DNA of 47,869 nt from Nitrospiraceae bacterium (GCA_002726235.1 PBSN01000003.1:1-47869); one strand, 5' to 3'. Shown: positions 1 through 10,243, counted from the stretch's first letter. The notes: a model not told the origin generated them from the sequence alone. Made by a program: numbers and translations.

Positions 1-1
1 C

Positions 2-1009
2 ATGCACAAGCAGACCGCGGAAGCCTGGAAAGGCGGGAAGATGTATCTCATCTACCTGGTCGGAGCGTCGAAAAGCTTCTTCCTCGCTGCCATGATTCTG
101 ACCTACATGCTCACCGGAACACTGGATTTTTCCCGAGGCGGGATGTTCGGAGGGATCGACGCATCAACGATGCTCACTGCCATCTATGTACTCTACATCG
201 CGGGGTTAGCCAAAGCTGCGATTATGCCCTTTCACAGTTGGTTGCCGGCAGCGATGGTTGCGCCCACCCCGGTGAGCGCACTCTTGCATGCTGTTGCCGT
301 CGTCAAGGTGGGGGTCTTCTCCATATTGCGCATCATCCTCGATGTTTTTGGAGTTGACCTTATGCAGCAATTGTATCTCGGGATTGGGACGGCCATTGTT
401 GCATCGGTAACGCTTGTGTGGGCATCGACCTATGCCTTGGCCCAGGATAATCTCAAAATCCGACTTGCGTATTCCACCGTCAGTCAGCTCTCGTACGTGA
501 TCTTAGGCGCAGCGCTCCTCACACCTGCGGCCATGGCCGGCGGGATAATTCATGTGGCCAACCATGCTTTCTCGAAAATCACCCTTTTCTTCTGTGCTGG
601 GGCAATCTACGTGGCCGCGCATAAAACATTGGTGAGTGAACTCAGTGGCTTGGCTAAAAAAATGCCTTATACCATGGCGGCCTTTACCATCGGCTCGCTC
701 AGTATGATTGGCGTACCGCTTTTCGCCGGGTTTGTGACGAAGTGGAATATCGCGCTGGGGGCCATTGAGGCTCAGCAACTTATTTTTGTCGGTGTTCTGC
801 TCCTCAGTACCGTGTTGAACGCGAGTTATTTTCTTCCCATTGTGTACAAGGCGTACTTTGAAACGGCTCCAGCCACAAAAGACGATGAGCATATCCAAGA
901 AGCATCTCCAGCAATAGTTGTTCCGATTGCGATCACCGCGGCAGGTACTATCGCGTTCGGCATCTACCCGGACTATTTCATGCAATTGATCGCACTCACA
1001 CTGGGATAG
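2..1009 (+). CDS. MrpD/NuoL-M-N family proton-conducting antiporter-like subunit (5'-partial)
   Basis: Hydrophobic ORF running off the left edge; family motifs KAAIMPFHSWLPAAMVAPTPVSALLHAVAVVKVG, RLAYSTVSQLSY, HAFSKITLFFCAG. Confidence 0.88.
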   Translation: MHKQTAEAWKGGKMYLIYLVGASKSFFLAAMILTYMLTGTLDFSRGGMFGGIDASTMLTAIYVLYIAGLAKAAIMPFHSWLPAAMVAPTPVSALLHAVAVVKVGVFSILRIILDVFGVDLMQQLYLGIGTAIVASVTLVWASTYALAQDNLKIRLAYSTVSQLSYVILGAALLTPAAMAGGIIHVANHAFSKITLFFCAGAIYVAAHKTLVSELSGLAKKMPYTMAAFTIGSLSMIGVPLFAGFVTKWNIALGAIEAQQLIFVGVLLLSTVLNASYFLPIVYKAYFETAPATKDDEHIQEASPAIVVPIAITAAGTIAFGIYPDYFMQLIALTLG

Positions 1010-1017
1010 GGCAAGGG

Positions 1018-1263
1018 ATGAAAATCAGCTTTCAGTGGATTGAGAAACTAGGAATGTTATCGCGAATGTGGAAGATCTTCGCTGGAATCTCCGTGTTCCT
1101 GGTTGCCATTGATTTTGTTATTCCGCATGAGCATACCCATCTCATTTTCGAGACGATTCCTGGATTTAGCGCAGTGTACGGGTTTGTGGCCTGTACCGCG
1201 CTGGTAGTGTTTGCAAAGGTCCTTCGGAAAATATGCAAGCGAGACATGAAGTATTATGACTAG
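1018..1263 (+). CDS. Small two-TM membrane protein of Mrp-like antiporter clusters
   Basis: 81 aa, two hydrophobic segments, HxH..FE.IPGF.AVYGF and C-terminal KR..YYD; sits between and overlaps the MrpD-like genes. Confidence 0.75.
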   Translation: MKISFQWIEKLGMLSRMWKIFAGISVFLVAIDFVIPHEHTHLIFETIPGFSAVYGFVACTALVVFAKVLRKICKRDMKYYD

Positions 1264-3016
1264 CGGTGTTCCTCCAGTTTTGATCTTCCTGCTTGGAGCG
1301 ATCCTGATTCCCGCTCTCAAGGGACGCGCCAAAGTTGGACTGCTTCTGGGCACCCCGATCATCGCGTTTTTCAATCTCCTGGTGCTGCCAGATGGCGCTT
1401 CGTGGACTTATAGCTTTCTCGGCACACAGCTCATCTTCGCCCAAGTTGACAAGCTGAGTCTCTGTTTTGGCTACATCTTTTGCATTGCAGCGTTTGCCGG
1501 CATGCTCTTTGGTTTGCAAGAGCGTGATGATCGGCAGTACGTGACGATGTTTGTGTATGCGGGCAGCTCGATTGGCGCCGTGTTCGCGGGCGACTATCTT
1601 ACCCTCTTCTTGTTCTGGGAACTGATGACCTTTGCTGCCGCCGTGTTGATTTGGGCTGGCAACACCGAAGCTGCGGGGAAAGCGGGGATGCACTATCTGC
1701 TTGTCCATGTGTTCGGTGGATTTTGTCTCTTGGCAGGCATCGTCATCCAAACCTCCCAGACAGGTTCAACTGAATTTGGGTATCTCGGCCTCGATGGCCT
1801 TGGCTCTGCACTGATTTTTCTGGCCTTCATCATTAATGCAGCGATTCCCCCTTTGCATGCCTGGCTTACCGATTCCTATCCGGAGTCGACCATCACCGGC
1901 ACCGTGTTTTTGACCGCCTATACTACCAAAACTGCGGTCTACGTCCTGGCCCGGGCCTTTCCCGGTGAAGAAATATTGATTTACCTCGGCGCATTTATGA
2001 CAGTGTATCCCATTTTTTATGCGGTGATTGAAAATGACGCTAGGCGTGTGCTGGCCTATAGCATGGTGAATCAGGTCGGATTCATGATCACTGGCATTGG
2101 CATTGGCACTGCGCTCGCCTTGAATGGCGCCGTCTCCCATGCGTTCAATGACATTCTGTTTAAGTCTTTGCTCATGATGTCGGTGGGAGCCGTGATGTAC
2201 GTAACCGGAAAAAGTCTCTGCACCGATCTCGGTGGGCTGTACAAGACCATGCCGCTCACGACGGTTTTCTGTATCGTCGGCGCTGCATCAATTTCTGCCT
2301 TTCCACTCTTTAGCGGCTTTGTCAGTAAATCCATGGTGATTTCTGCCGCCGCAGAAGGCGGCATGTCGGTCGTCTGGTTCATGCTGCTCTTTGCCTCTGC
2401 CGGAGTCTTCCACCATGCGGGCATCAAGATCCCGTATTTTGTCTTCTTTGCGCATGATTCCGGCATCCGCGCTAAAGAACCCCCATTGAATATGTTATTG
2501 GCCATGGGATTTGTTGCGTTCTTGTGTATCCTCATTGGAACGGCTCCGGGGCTGCTGTACAGCATTCTGCCGTTTCCGGTGGAATACCATCCGTATACGG
2601 CCTTCCACGTGGTCAGTCAGTTGCAACTCCTGTTTTTCTCTGCCCTCGCGTTCATCTATCTGATTGTGAATGGTCACTATCCCCCGGAAAAGGTCGGGCT
2701 CAATCTTGATACGGACTGGGTCTATCGCAAAGCTGCAAAATTGTATAGCTGGATAGCTGACACACCCGTCGTCGCTACGGAAAATATGATCAGTGAAGCG
2801 TATCGCACGATACTCATCACACAAAACACTAGATTTGCACAGTTGTGTTTGGCGTTTGACATTCAGGTCATTGATCGGGCGGTGAATGGTGTGGCGAGCA
2901 TGATTGTCAAATGGAGCAAGACTATGAGGGTTATCCAAACCGGCCAACTGCAACATTACGCCATGATAATTGTACTGGGCACATTTATCATCATGAGTGG
3001 GTACATTTTCTTCTAA
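1256..3016 (+). CDS. MrpD-type Na+/H+ antiporter subunit with NuoL-like C-terminal lateral helix
   Basis: 586 aa; PPLHAWLTDSYPE, TTKTAVYVL, RRVLAYSMVNQVG; C-terminus FDIQVIDRAVNG...RVIQTGQLQHY plus a final TM helix resembles the NuoL tail. Confidence 0.85.
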   Translation: MTSGVPPVLIFLLGAILIPALKGRAKVGLLLGTPIIAFFNLLVLPDGASWTYSFLGTQLIFAQVDKLSLCFGYIFCIAAFAGMLFGLQERDDRQYVTMFVYAGSSIGAVFAGDYLTLFLFWELMTFAAAVLIWAGNTEAAGKAGMHYLLVHVFGGFCLLAGIVIQTSQTGSTEFGYLGLDGLGSALIFLAFIINAAIPPLHAWLTDSYPESTITGTVFLTAYTTKTAVYVLARAFPGEEILIYLGAFMTVYPIFYAVIENDARRVLAYSMVNQVGFMITGIGIGTALALNGAVSHAFNDILFKSLLMMSVGAVMYVTGKSLCTDLGGLYKTMPLTTVFCIVGAASISAFPLFSGFVSKSMVISAAAEGGMSVVWFMLLFASAGVFHHAGIKIPYFVFFAHDSGIRAKEPPLNMLLAMGFVAFLCILIGTAPGLLYSILPFPVEYHPYTAFHVVSQLQLLFFSALAFIYLIVNGHYPPEKVGLNLDTDWVYRKAAKLYSWIADTPVVATENMISEAYRTILITQNTRFAQLCLAFDIQVIDRAVNGVASMIVKWSKTMRVIQTGQLQHYAMIIVLGTFIIMSGYIFF

Positions 3017-4521
3017 TGGAATATACGGGGAATCTTCTTAGCTGGATTATTTTTCTTCCGCTCGTAGGGGCAGTGCTTGTCGCACTTCTTCGCGATGAGA
3101 GATGGATTCGTCTTGTTGCATTGGGAATCACTGTTGCGGATTTCATTGTATCTCTTCCGCTCTGGACACGATTTGATACCACCACACACGCGATGCAATT
3201 TGTGGAACGGGTTCCATGGATTAACGCATTTAACATCAACTATGCCGTGGGAGTAGATGGAATCAGCGTTCTTCTGATACTCCTCACCACCCTTGTAACC
3301 CCAATGTGCATTCTTTGTTCATGGCGAGTCATTCAAAGTCGTGTCAAAGAGTACATGATTGTCATCTTGGTTCTTGAGACTGCGATGATTGGTGTGTTCT
3401 GTGCCCTCGACTTTGTCCTCTTCTACGTCTTCTGGGAAACCATGTTGATTCCGATGTACCTGATCATCGGAGTATGGGGAGGTCATCGACGTATTTATGC
3501 TGCCTTCAAATTTTTTCTGTACACCCTCGCTGGCAGCCTGCTTCTGTTGGTGGCAATTCTCGTACTGTACTTTCTTGGCGGACAGACTTTCGATATTCAG
3601 ACATTGATGAAGCCGACATACTCGTCTACCGCCCAATTCTGGGTATTCTTGGCATTCTTCGTGGCATTTGCGATCAAGGTTCCCATGTTTCCGTTTCATA
3701 CGTGGTTGCCCGATGCCCACGTGGAGGCGCCGACGGCTGGAAGCGTCATCCTCGCCAGTGTTCTGCTCAAAATGGGAACCTATGGATTCTTGCGTTTCTG
3801 CCTCCCGATGGTTCCAGAGGCGACAATCATGTTCTCGCCCATGGTCATTGGCCTCTCGCTTGTCGCCATTCTGTATGGTTCATATATGGCTCTCGCACAA
3901 ACTGACCTGAAAAAGCTGGTTGCTTATTCCAGCGTCGGGCATATGGGCTTCATTACGCTGGGAATCTTTGTCTTCAATGCCCATGGAATCCAAGGCGCTA
4001 TCCTGCAGATGATCAACCATGGCATTACCACCGCTGCCCTGTTTCTTTGCGTTGGAATGATATATGACCGCACACATAGCCGTCTGATTTCTGTCAATAG
4101 CGGGGTTGGGCAACAGATGCCCATCTATGTGACCATGCTGGCCATTTTCTCGTTCTCGTCATTTGGAATTCCNGGCACTAACGGATTTATCGGCGAACTG
4201 CTTATTCTCGTCGGGGCTGTTGAATACAATATCATCATTGCCGCGATCGCACTTCCAGGCGTGCTCTTAGCCGCAGCCTACATGCTCTGGATGCTACAGC
4301 GCATCGTGTGGGGCGAACATACCAGAGAAAACAAACTCCCGCTGGCAGATCTAAATATGTGCGAACTTTCGACTCTCATGCCTCTACTTATTCTGGTGTT
4401 TTGGATCGGGTTTTATCCTAAACCATTCTTAGGATTCATGGAGGTCAGCGTTGATCATCTTGTGACGCAGGTCCAAACTGCCCAACCAATGAAACTCTCA
4501 CAGGTGTTTGGCGGATCATGA
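3016..4521 (+). CDS. nuoM: NADH-quinone oxidoreductase subunit M
   Basis: ATG at 3016 overlaps the upstream TAA; GVDGISV, FYVFWE, AIKVPMFPFHTWLPDAHVEAPTAGSVILA, LKMGTYG, YDRTHSR. Confidence 0.95.
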   Translation: MEYTGNLLSWIIFLPLVGAVLVALLRDERWIRLVALGITVADFIVSLPLWTRFDTTTHAMQFVERVPWINAFNINYAVGVDGISVLLILLTTLVTPMCILCSWRVIQSRVKEYMIVILVLETAMIGVFCALDFVLFYVFWETMLIPMYLIIGVWGGHRRIYAAFKFFLYTLAGSLLLLVAILVLYFLGGQTFDIQTLMKPTYSSTAQFWVFLAFFVAFAIKVPMFPFHTWLPDAHVEAPTAGSVILASVLLKMGTYGFLRFCLPMVPEATIMFSPMVIGLSLVAILYGSYMALAQTDLKKLVAYSSVGHMGFITLGIFVFNAHGIQGAILQMINHGITTAALFLCVGMIYDRTHSRLISVNSGVGQQMPIYVTMLAIFSFSSFGIXGTNGFIGELLILVGAVEYNIIIAAIALPGVLLAAAYMLWMLQRIVWGEHTRENKLPLADLNMCELSTLMPLLILVFWIGFYPKPFLGFMEVSVDHLVTQVQTAQPMKLSQVFGGS

Positions 4522-5990
4522 CCCCAACCCTTGCTGATGTCGGTGGTATTTTGCCCGAGCTTATTGTGGCATGCTTCGCCTGCATCGTTCTGCTCATCGA
4601 AGCCTTCATGTCGAAATCATCAAAGGGAGACACCTTCCCTGTCACAGCTCTCATCGGTGTGGCTATCGCCGCGTCTCTTACCATCCACTCGATGTGGGAC
4701 GACAAAACGGTGATGGGTGGAACCTTCTTGGTTGATCCGTACAGCAACTTTTTTAAGCTATTGTTGTACAGCGCATCAGCCCTAACCATCTTACTCTCGA
4801 TAAACCATTTGAAACAGGAACGGATCAATGTTGGTGAGTATTACGCGTTTTTGCTCTTTGCCTTGTGCGGAATGATGGTCATGGTTTCTGCCGGAGACCT
4901 GTTGCTGGTGTTCTTGGGTCTCGAATTGACCGCGCTTTCGATCTACATTCTGGCGGGATTCAAACGATTCCAGCAAAAATCCATGGAGGCTGCGGCAAAA
5001 TACTTCGTTCTCGGATCCTTTTCGTCCGGAATCTTGTTGTTCGGTATTTCACTCCTTTATGGCTTGGCTGGCACTACCAACCTTGCAGGAATAGGCCAAC
5101 ACTTAATGTCGATGGGATCTGGGATAGACCCTGCTTGGATTCTCGCACTTATCCTGCTCGTCGTGGGATTCGGATTTAAAGTATCAGCCGTTCCTTTTCA
5201 CATGTGGACACCGGATGTCTACGAAGGTGCGCCGACACCCGTCACAGCATTTCTGTCAGTCGCATCGAAAGCGGCTAGTTTTGCCATTTTCCTCAGAGTC
5301 TTCACAGAGGCGTTCGGCGGAATTCACGAGCATTGGCGTATTCTGCTTATCTTTCTAGCTGTCGCCACCATCTTCTTTGGCAACATCGTTGCCCTCCTTC
5401 AGACCAACATCAAGCGCATGTTGGCCTATTCCAGTATCGCCCATGCCGGTTATGTGCTTATTGGCATTGTTGTGGGAAGCCACATGGGCAGTTTTAGCTT
5501 AATGCTATATCTGCTGATCTACGTGTTTATGAATATGGGGGCTTTCGGAGTTGTCATGCAATTCAGAAAAAGTGGTGTGGAATGTGACGAGATCGAAGAC
5601 TTTGCAGGGTTGGCCAAACGCAATCGTTTGGTTGCGTTCATCATGCTCATCTTTATGTTCGCACTGGCGGGNATTCCACCGACGGCAGGATTTGTTGGGA
5701 AGTTTTATGTCTTTATGGGAGCCGTTCAAGCCGATCTCGCTTGGCTAGCCGTACTTGGCGTGATCGGATCTGCAATCTCGGCGTATTTTTACCTGAAAGT
5801 CGTTATGGTGATGTACATGAAAGAGCCTGATGGAAATGTCACACTAACGATCTCACGACCTGCGATTCTTGCGCTCACGGTTGCTACCGTCGCAGTGATC
5901 CTATTAGGTGTCTACCCTGCTCCAGTCATCGATTTTACCAATCAGGCTGTTCTGAGCATCTCCCCACCTGTCATCGTCGTGTCACCGTAA
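4518..5990 (+). CDS. nuoN: NADH-quinone oxidoreductase subunit N
   Basis: EAAAKYFVLGSFSS, FKVSAVPFHMWTPDVYEGAPTPV, QTNIKRMLAYSSIAHAGY, PPTAGFVGKF; ATGA overlap with nuoM. Confidence 0.95.
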   Translation: MTPTLADVGGILPELIVACFACIVLLIEAFMSKSSKGDTFPVTALIGVAIAASLTIHSMWDDKTVMGGTFLVDPYSNFFKLLLYSASALTILLSINHLKQERINVGEYYAFLLFALCGMMVMVSAGDLLLVFLGLELTALSIYILAGFKRFQQKSMEAAAKYFVLGSFSSGILLFGISLLYGLAGTTNLAGIGQHLMSMGSGIDPAWILALILLVVGFGFKVSAVPFHMWTPDVYEGAPTPVTAFLSVASKAASFAIFLRVFTEAFGGIHEHWRILLIFLAVATIFFGNIVALLQTNIKRMLAYSSIAHAGYVLIGIVVGSHMGSFSLMLYLLIYVFMNMGAFGVVMQFRKSGVECDEIEDFAGLAKRNRLVAFIMLIFMFALAXIPPTAGFVGKFYVFMGAVQADLAWLAVLGVIGSAISAYFYLKVVMVMYMKEPDGNVTLTISRPAILALTVATVAVILLGVYPAPVIDFTNQAVLSISPPVIVVSP

Positions 5991-6103
5991 CTACTCTGTT
6001 TTTCGATTGGATGTTGATGATGAAATGATGCTGTGGAGCACTGCACTTGATGCATTGCAGTGTAAGGTTTTCAGCGAAACTCGCCCTCACATTAAGAGTC
6101 TGC

Positions 6104-6376
6104 TCATCCGAGCCGTTTTCGGATTGCCCGTGGATATTCAGGAAAGTAGTGCTCGATGATGGGTAGATCAAACTTGGCTAAGATCGACTCTTTCTGTTCG
6201 CGTTCAAGCAGAAATTCAAATGACAGCTCAATCAGGCGCTCGGCTGATACATCGCCACCATAGCGATGGCTATCCTCATCCAAGGCTGTCACGTTGTGAA
6301 CAGTGGTACTGTCTCCTTCAACGACAGTAACGCAAAACTCATTTTCATCAATACGGGTCACCGTAATCTTTGCCAT
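6104..6376 (-). CDS. Small conserved hypothetical protein
   Basis: 90 aa with natural composition; C-terminal SFEFLLEREQKESILAKFDL.IIEHYFPEY resembles a widespread uncharacterised small protein family. Confidence 0.7.
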   Translation of the reverse strand: MAKITVTRIDENEFCVTVVEGDSTTVHNVTALDEDSHRYGGDVSAERLIELSFEFLLEREQKESILAKFDLPIIEHYFPEYPRAIRKRLG

Positions 6377-6420
6377 GGCGTGACTAATGTTCTTTCGAAT
6401 TCTTGTGAATTAACCCAGTG

Positions 6421-8019
6421 TCATCCCATATCAAGCAACGTATGATCGGGATTATGCTTTCGGGCGTAGTTTTTCGACCAGGGGGAACGGAACAGTACGA
6501 CTGGGCGTCCACGGCCATCTTTGACGATCACCTCATCACTGGGAATCTTGAAAGTCTCAACGGGTCCCTCCAACCACGCGCTGGCTTCATAGCTCATAAT
6601 GTCTAGAAGTACGTCAACCCGATATTCACTTTTCAATCGAAATTCCAAGACATCGAACTGCAGGCGGCCGACCGCGCCGATGAAGAAGTCCAGATCATCC
6701 AAAGTCCGCAAGATTTGGATTGTGCCCTCCAGAATCAGTTGGTTCAGGCCCTTATCAAATGATTTTCTCATCGTGGTATCGGCTGGCCGTACATGTGCAA
6801 ACACCTCAGGCTGAAACTGCGGTAATGGTTTGTAATTGAAACCATCGGTCAGCGAAATCGTATCCCCAATTTGGAAGACTCCAGGGTTGATAATGCCGAT
6901 GATGTCGCCGGGATAGGCCACATCAAGCGTGTTACGATCTTTGGCAACCATACTGTGAGGCCTCGAGAGCCGGACCTTCCCCTTGCCTTGATGATGTTTC
7001 ACGACCATATCCCTATCAAAGCGGCCGGAACATACGCGTAAGAATGCGGTACTGTCGCGATGTCGCGGATTCATGTTCGCCTGCAATTTAAAAACATACG
7101 CGCTAAATGGGGTTTCTGCTGGATCGAGAAACACTTCTTGGCCGTCTGGCGTATCGGCAAGTCGTCCTTGGGCAGCTGGTGCCAACTTTACAAAAGCATC
7201 AAAAAACGCTTCTACGCCAAAATTGGTGAGTGCTGATCCAAAAAACACTGGCGTGACCTCGCCATTCTGGAAGGCATCGAGCGAGAAGGGGTTTCCCGCC
7301 ACTTCGAGTAACTCTAAATCGTGTTTCAGCTGATTCCACACATAAGGTGAAAGTCGTCCTTTTACTGATGGATCGTCCAACGGCAGTTCCATCAGGTCAG
7401 GTCTGCTCGCGCCTGCAGAGGCTGTTTTGGTAAATAATAATAATTGGCGGTGTTCGCGATTGACCACTCCCCGAAACTCGCTGCCTGAACCCACCGGCCA
7501 GTCCACCGCTGAGGCGTGAATGCCCAGCACCTCTTCGACTTCGGTCATCAAGTCGAGGGGTGGGCGCCCTTCGAGATCCATCTTGTTGATGAAGGTGAGG
7601 ACCGGAATTTTTCTCAGCCGACACACTTCAAATAACTTACGCGTCTGGGTCTCCACACCTTTGGCAGCGTCAATGACCATGATGGCGCTGTCAGCTGCCG
7701 TCAAGGTACGGTAGGTATCCTCGCAAAAGTCTTGATGGCCTGGCGTATCAAGCACGTTAATAATGATGTCTTTGTAGGGGAATTGCATTGCTGACGAGGT
7801 GATGGAGATCCCACGTTCCTGCTCCATGGCCATCCAGTCGGATGTCGCGAGTTTTCGACTCTTTCGTGCGCCAACCATTCCCGCTGTTCGGACCATGCCC
7901 GAGTACAAGAGGAGTTTTTCCGTGAGGGTCGTCTTTCCAGCGTCGGGGTGGCTAATGATGGCAAACGTCCGGCGCTTTTTTGCAGCTACGTAAACTTCTT
8001 GTGTTAGTTGAGGTGTCAT
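6421..8019 (-). CDS. prfC: Peptide chain release factor 3
   Basis: RRTFAIISHPDAGKTTLTEKLL, SDWMAMEQERGISITSS, DTPGHQDF, QANMNPRHRD, GAVGRLQFDVL. Confidence 0.97.
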   Translation of the reverse strand: MTPQLTQEVYVAAKKRRTFAIISHPDAGKTTLTEKLLLYSGMVRTAGMVGARKSRKLATSDWMAMEQERGISITSSAMQFPYKDIIINVLDTPGHQDFCEDTYRTLTAADSAIMVIDAAKGVETQTRKLFEVCRLRKIPVLTFINKMDLEGRPPLDLMTEVEEVLGIHASAVDWPVGSGSEFRGVVNREHRQLLLFTKTASAGASRPDLMELPLDDPSVKGRLSPYVWNQLKHDLELLEVAGNPFSLDAFQNGEVTPVFFGSALTNFGVEAFFDAFVKLAPAAQGRLADTPDGQEVFLDPAETPFSAYVFKLQANMNPRHRDSTAFLRVCSGRFDRDMVVKHHQGKGKVRLSRPHSMVAKDRNTLDVAYPGDIIGIINPGVFQIGDTISLTDGFNYKPLPQFQPEVFAHVRPADTTMRKSFDKGLNQLILEGTIQILRTLDDLDFFIGAVGRLQFDVLEFRLKSEYRVDVLLDIMSYEASAWLEGPVETFKIPSDEVIVKDGRGRPVVLFRSPWSKNYARKHNPDHTLLDMG

Positions 8020-8165
8020 TATCTGTCGCTCTGGGCAATGAAGTATAGCAAATAAGGTTCTCGGCTTGTGTGCTTGATAAGCACCTTTTGGTTCACTTGC
8101 ACTACGTTTACGTATCGCTTATGACAAATGATCGCGGGTAGTCATTGAGGATTGAGCTGATTTTG

Positions 8166-8193
8166 TTGACAGCGATCTCGTGTCGCGTAAAAT
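8166..8193 (+). promoter_or_regulatory. Putative sigma-70 promoter of egtD
   Basis: TTGACA (8166-8171), 16-bp spacer, TAAAAT (8188-8193), about 80 bp before the egtD start. Confidence 0.55.
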
Positions 8194-8274
8194 ACCTCTT
8201 CTAAAATTTGTGCTGAGTTTTTTGTTATCCATTCTGACCTGTGATCGCCTTTATCCTGTAACCTGTGGAGACCT

Positions 8275-9261
8275 ATGGGTATGACTGTTGATTCTGACGA
8301 GATTGTTATTGATGTTCATCTGACGACGCAAGATCCTGCAGTCGTTCGAGAGGAAATCCGAAACGGGCTTCTTTCATCCCCGCGCGTCTTGCCAACGAAA
8401 TATCTATATGATGATCGGGGGACAGAGTTATTCGAACAGATCTGTAAACTTCCCGAATACTATCAAACCAGAACCGAATTCCAGATTTTGGCGACGTATG
8501 CCGACCGAATCGTTGCGTGTTCGAACGCCAACGAACTGGTCGAACTTGGATCTGGTGCCGCGACGAAAACCCGCGTGTTGCTTGATGCCATGGATCGTGC
8601 TGATCAGCTCAATTACTACGTTCCATTCGACGTGAGTGAGGGGATCGTTCGACGCGTCTCGCAAGAACTTTCAGAAGAATACACTGATCTCCATATTCAT
8701 GGCGTTGTCGGGGACTTTCTCGCGCATCTGGAACATATTCCGGATGGAGGCAAGCGATTAGTTGTCTTCCTGGGAGGGACGATAGGCAACTTGGATGACG
8801 TTGTAGGGCCCGCATTTCTTTCCTCAGTCAATGAAGAAATGGCATCGGGCGATTACTTCTTATTGAGCGTTCAGTTCGTCACCGAAGTCAATCGTCTGGA
8901 AGCTGCATACAATGACTCCAAGGGTGTCACAGCGGAATTTAACAAGAACATGATCTCGGTGATGCAAAAACTTGTAAGGGCAGATTTTGATCCCGATGCC
9001 TTTGATCACGTCGCGCGATATAACCACGCTGACTCTCGAATTGAGATTTTCCTTCGTTCTAATAAACGTCAGACGGTCATGTTCCAAGATCTTGACCTCA
9101 AGCTTGCCCTCGAGGAGGGAGAAGAGATCCGCACAGAGATCAGCACGAAATATGATCGCAAACGCGTGGAACATCTTTTGGCAAATGCGAAATTCGAACT
9201 TGTGGAGTGGTATGCAGATTCTGAAGAACTGCTTGGTCTTGCCCTCGCGAAGAAACCCTAA
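8275..9261 (+). CDS. egtD: L-histidine N-alpha-methyltransferase (hercynine synthesis)
   Basis: LPTKYLYDDRGTELFEQICKLPEYYQTRTE, LVELGSG, FLGGTIGN, AAYNDSKGVTAEFNKN, EIRTEISTK. Confidence 0.92.
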   Translation: MGMTVDSDEIVIDVHLTTQDPAVVREEIRNGLLSSPRVLPTKYLYDDRGTELFEQICKLPEYYQTRTEFQILATYADRIVACSNANELVELGSGAATKTRVLLDAMDRADQLNYYVPFDVSEGIVRRVSQELSEEYTDLHIHGVVGDFLAHLEHIPDGGKRLVVFLGGTIGNLDDVVGPAFLSSVNEEMASGDYFLLSVQFVTEVNRLEAAYNDSKGVTAEFNKNMISVMQKLVRADFDPDAFDHVARYNHADSRIEIFLRSNKRQTVMFQDLDLKLALEEGEEIRTEISTKYDRKRVEHLLANAKFELVEWYADSEELLGLALAKKP

Positions 9262-9286
9262 CCAGCAGCTTGAAAACGTTCTTTCT

Positions 9287-9320
9287 AAAAGGGAGAGGGT
9301 CTGTGACCCTCTCCCTTTTT
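9287..9320. terminator. Bidirectional intrinsic terminator
   Basis: Perfect 15-bp stem AAAAGGGAGAGGGTC / GACCCTCTCCCTTTT with TGT loop, A-run and T-run at the ends, between convergent genes. Confidence 0.9.
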
Positions 9321-9451
9321 CTGTTTAGAGTCAGGTAGTTTTCACACGCTCAATGTTGGCGCACAGTGCGAAGAGCAATGTGTTTGTGCGCAACACCACT
9401 CCAACTTTGGCATGAGGCAAAGGGGGGCATACCTTATTAGTTGCTACTTCG

Positions 9452-10243
9452 CTAACTTTTCGAGACGGGCTGTGTGATTTGAATGAAGTGCCTCATCTTC
9501 ACGAGTTTAGTGATCATCTGTGCCATCATCGCCTCTTGTACTGCCGTTGGGAGCTTGAGGGGCCAGATCAATTTTCGAAAGGTGGGAGCGATGTCTTTAT
9601 TCGCAATGCTCCGAATCACGCGGTAGTAGGGTGGTGGATCTGGCATTTTTTGTCCCAAGAGCCACAGTTGGTCCGTGCTCCATTGGAGCTTTGTAACGAG
9701 ATCGACACAGGTTTCAATGAGGACAGGCCTCAGGTGAGGCTGTACGGACTCTCGGTGAATGGCTCTGAGATTGCGAAGCAAGGCTTTACTCAGATTTTTT
9801 GAAAACGTGAGGTATAACTGCTCTGCTCGCTCGGAAGAACCGACAATTATCCAGCCCGGCACCTGAGGTCTGGTGCCGGGCTTCCCAATCTCTGTGGTAA
9901 TCAGTTCGTGCTGATTGCTGTAGAATGTATAGACACCAGATCTCTCAAGCCGAAAGCGAACTGTGTGCTCAGTAAAGGCCGGAATATGCTTTGTAATGCC
10001 GAGCTTTTCAACGACAAAGCCAAAATCTTCGTTGCTTGTGTTATTGATTCTGACTGTCACCACGGAACCCGTACCGAACTTTGCACTATCGACTATCAGC
10101 ATTGAGGGTTTCCATGTCGCGGCTCCCATATCGGTGAACGCTGTCTCAACGACGTATTCTTGAGCGTTGCCCAGTGCTATTCCTCCGAGAGTTATGGCGA
10201 GTACAATTCCAAGTGTGATCGTCAGAAGACGCGTGGTTCTCAT
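9452..10243 (-). CDS. Secreted protein with N-terminal cupredoxin (nitrosocyanin-like) fold lacking the Cys ligand, plus a helical C-terminal domain
   Basis: Signal peptide; GGAGG RBS; beta pattern WKPSMLIV...VTVRINN...GFVVEKLGI...TVRF...SGVYTFYSNQH...VPGWIIV. Confidence 0.6.
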   Translation of the reverse strand: MRTTRLLTITLGIVLAITLGGIALGNAQEYVVETAFTDMGAATWKPSMLIVDSAKFGTGSVVTVRINNTSNEDFGFVVEKLGITKHIPAFTEHTVRFRLERSGVYTFYSNQHELITTEIGKPGTRPQVPGWIIVGSSERAEQLYLTFSKNLSKALLRNLRAIHRESVQPHLRPVLIETCVDLVTKLQWSTDQLWLLGQKMPDPPPYYRVIRSIANKDIAPTFRKLIWPLKLPTAVQEAMMAQMITKLVKMRHFIQITQPVSKS

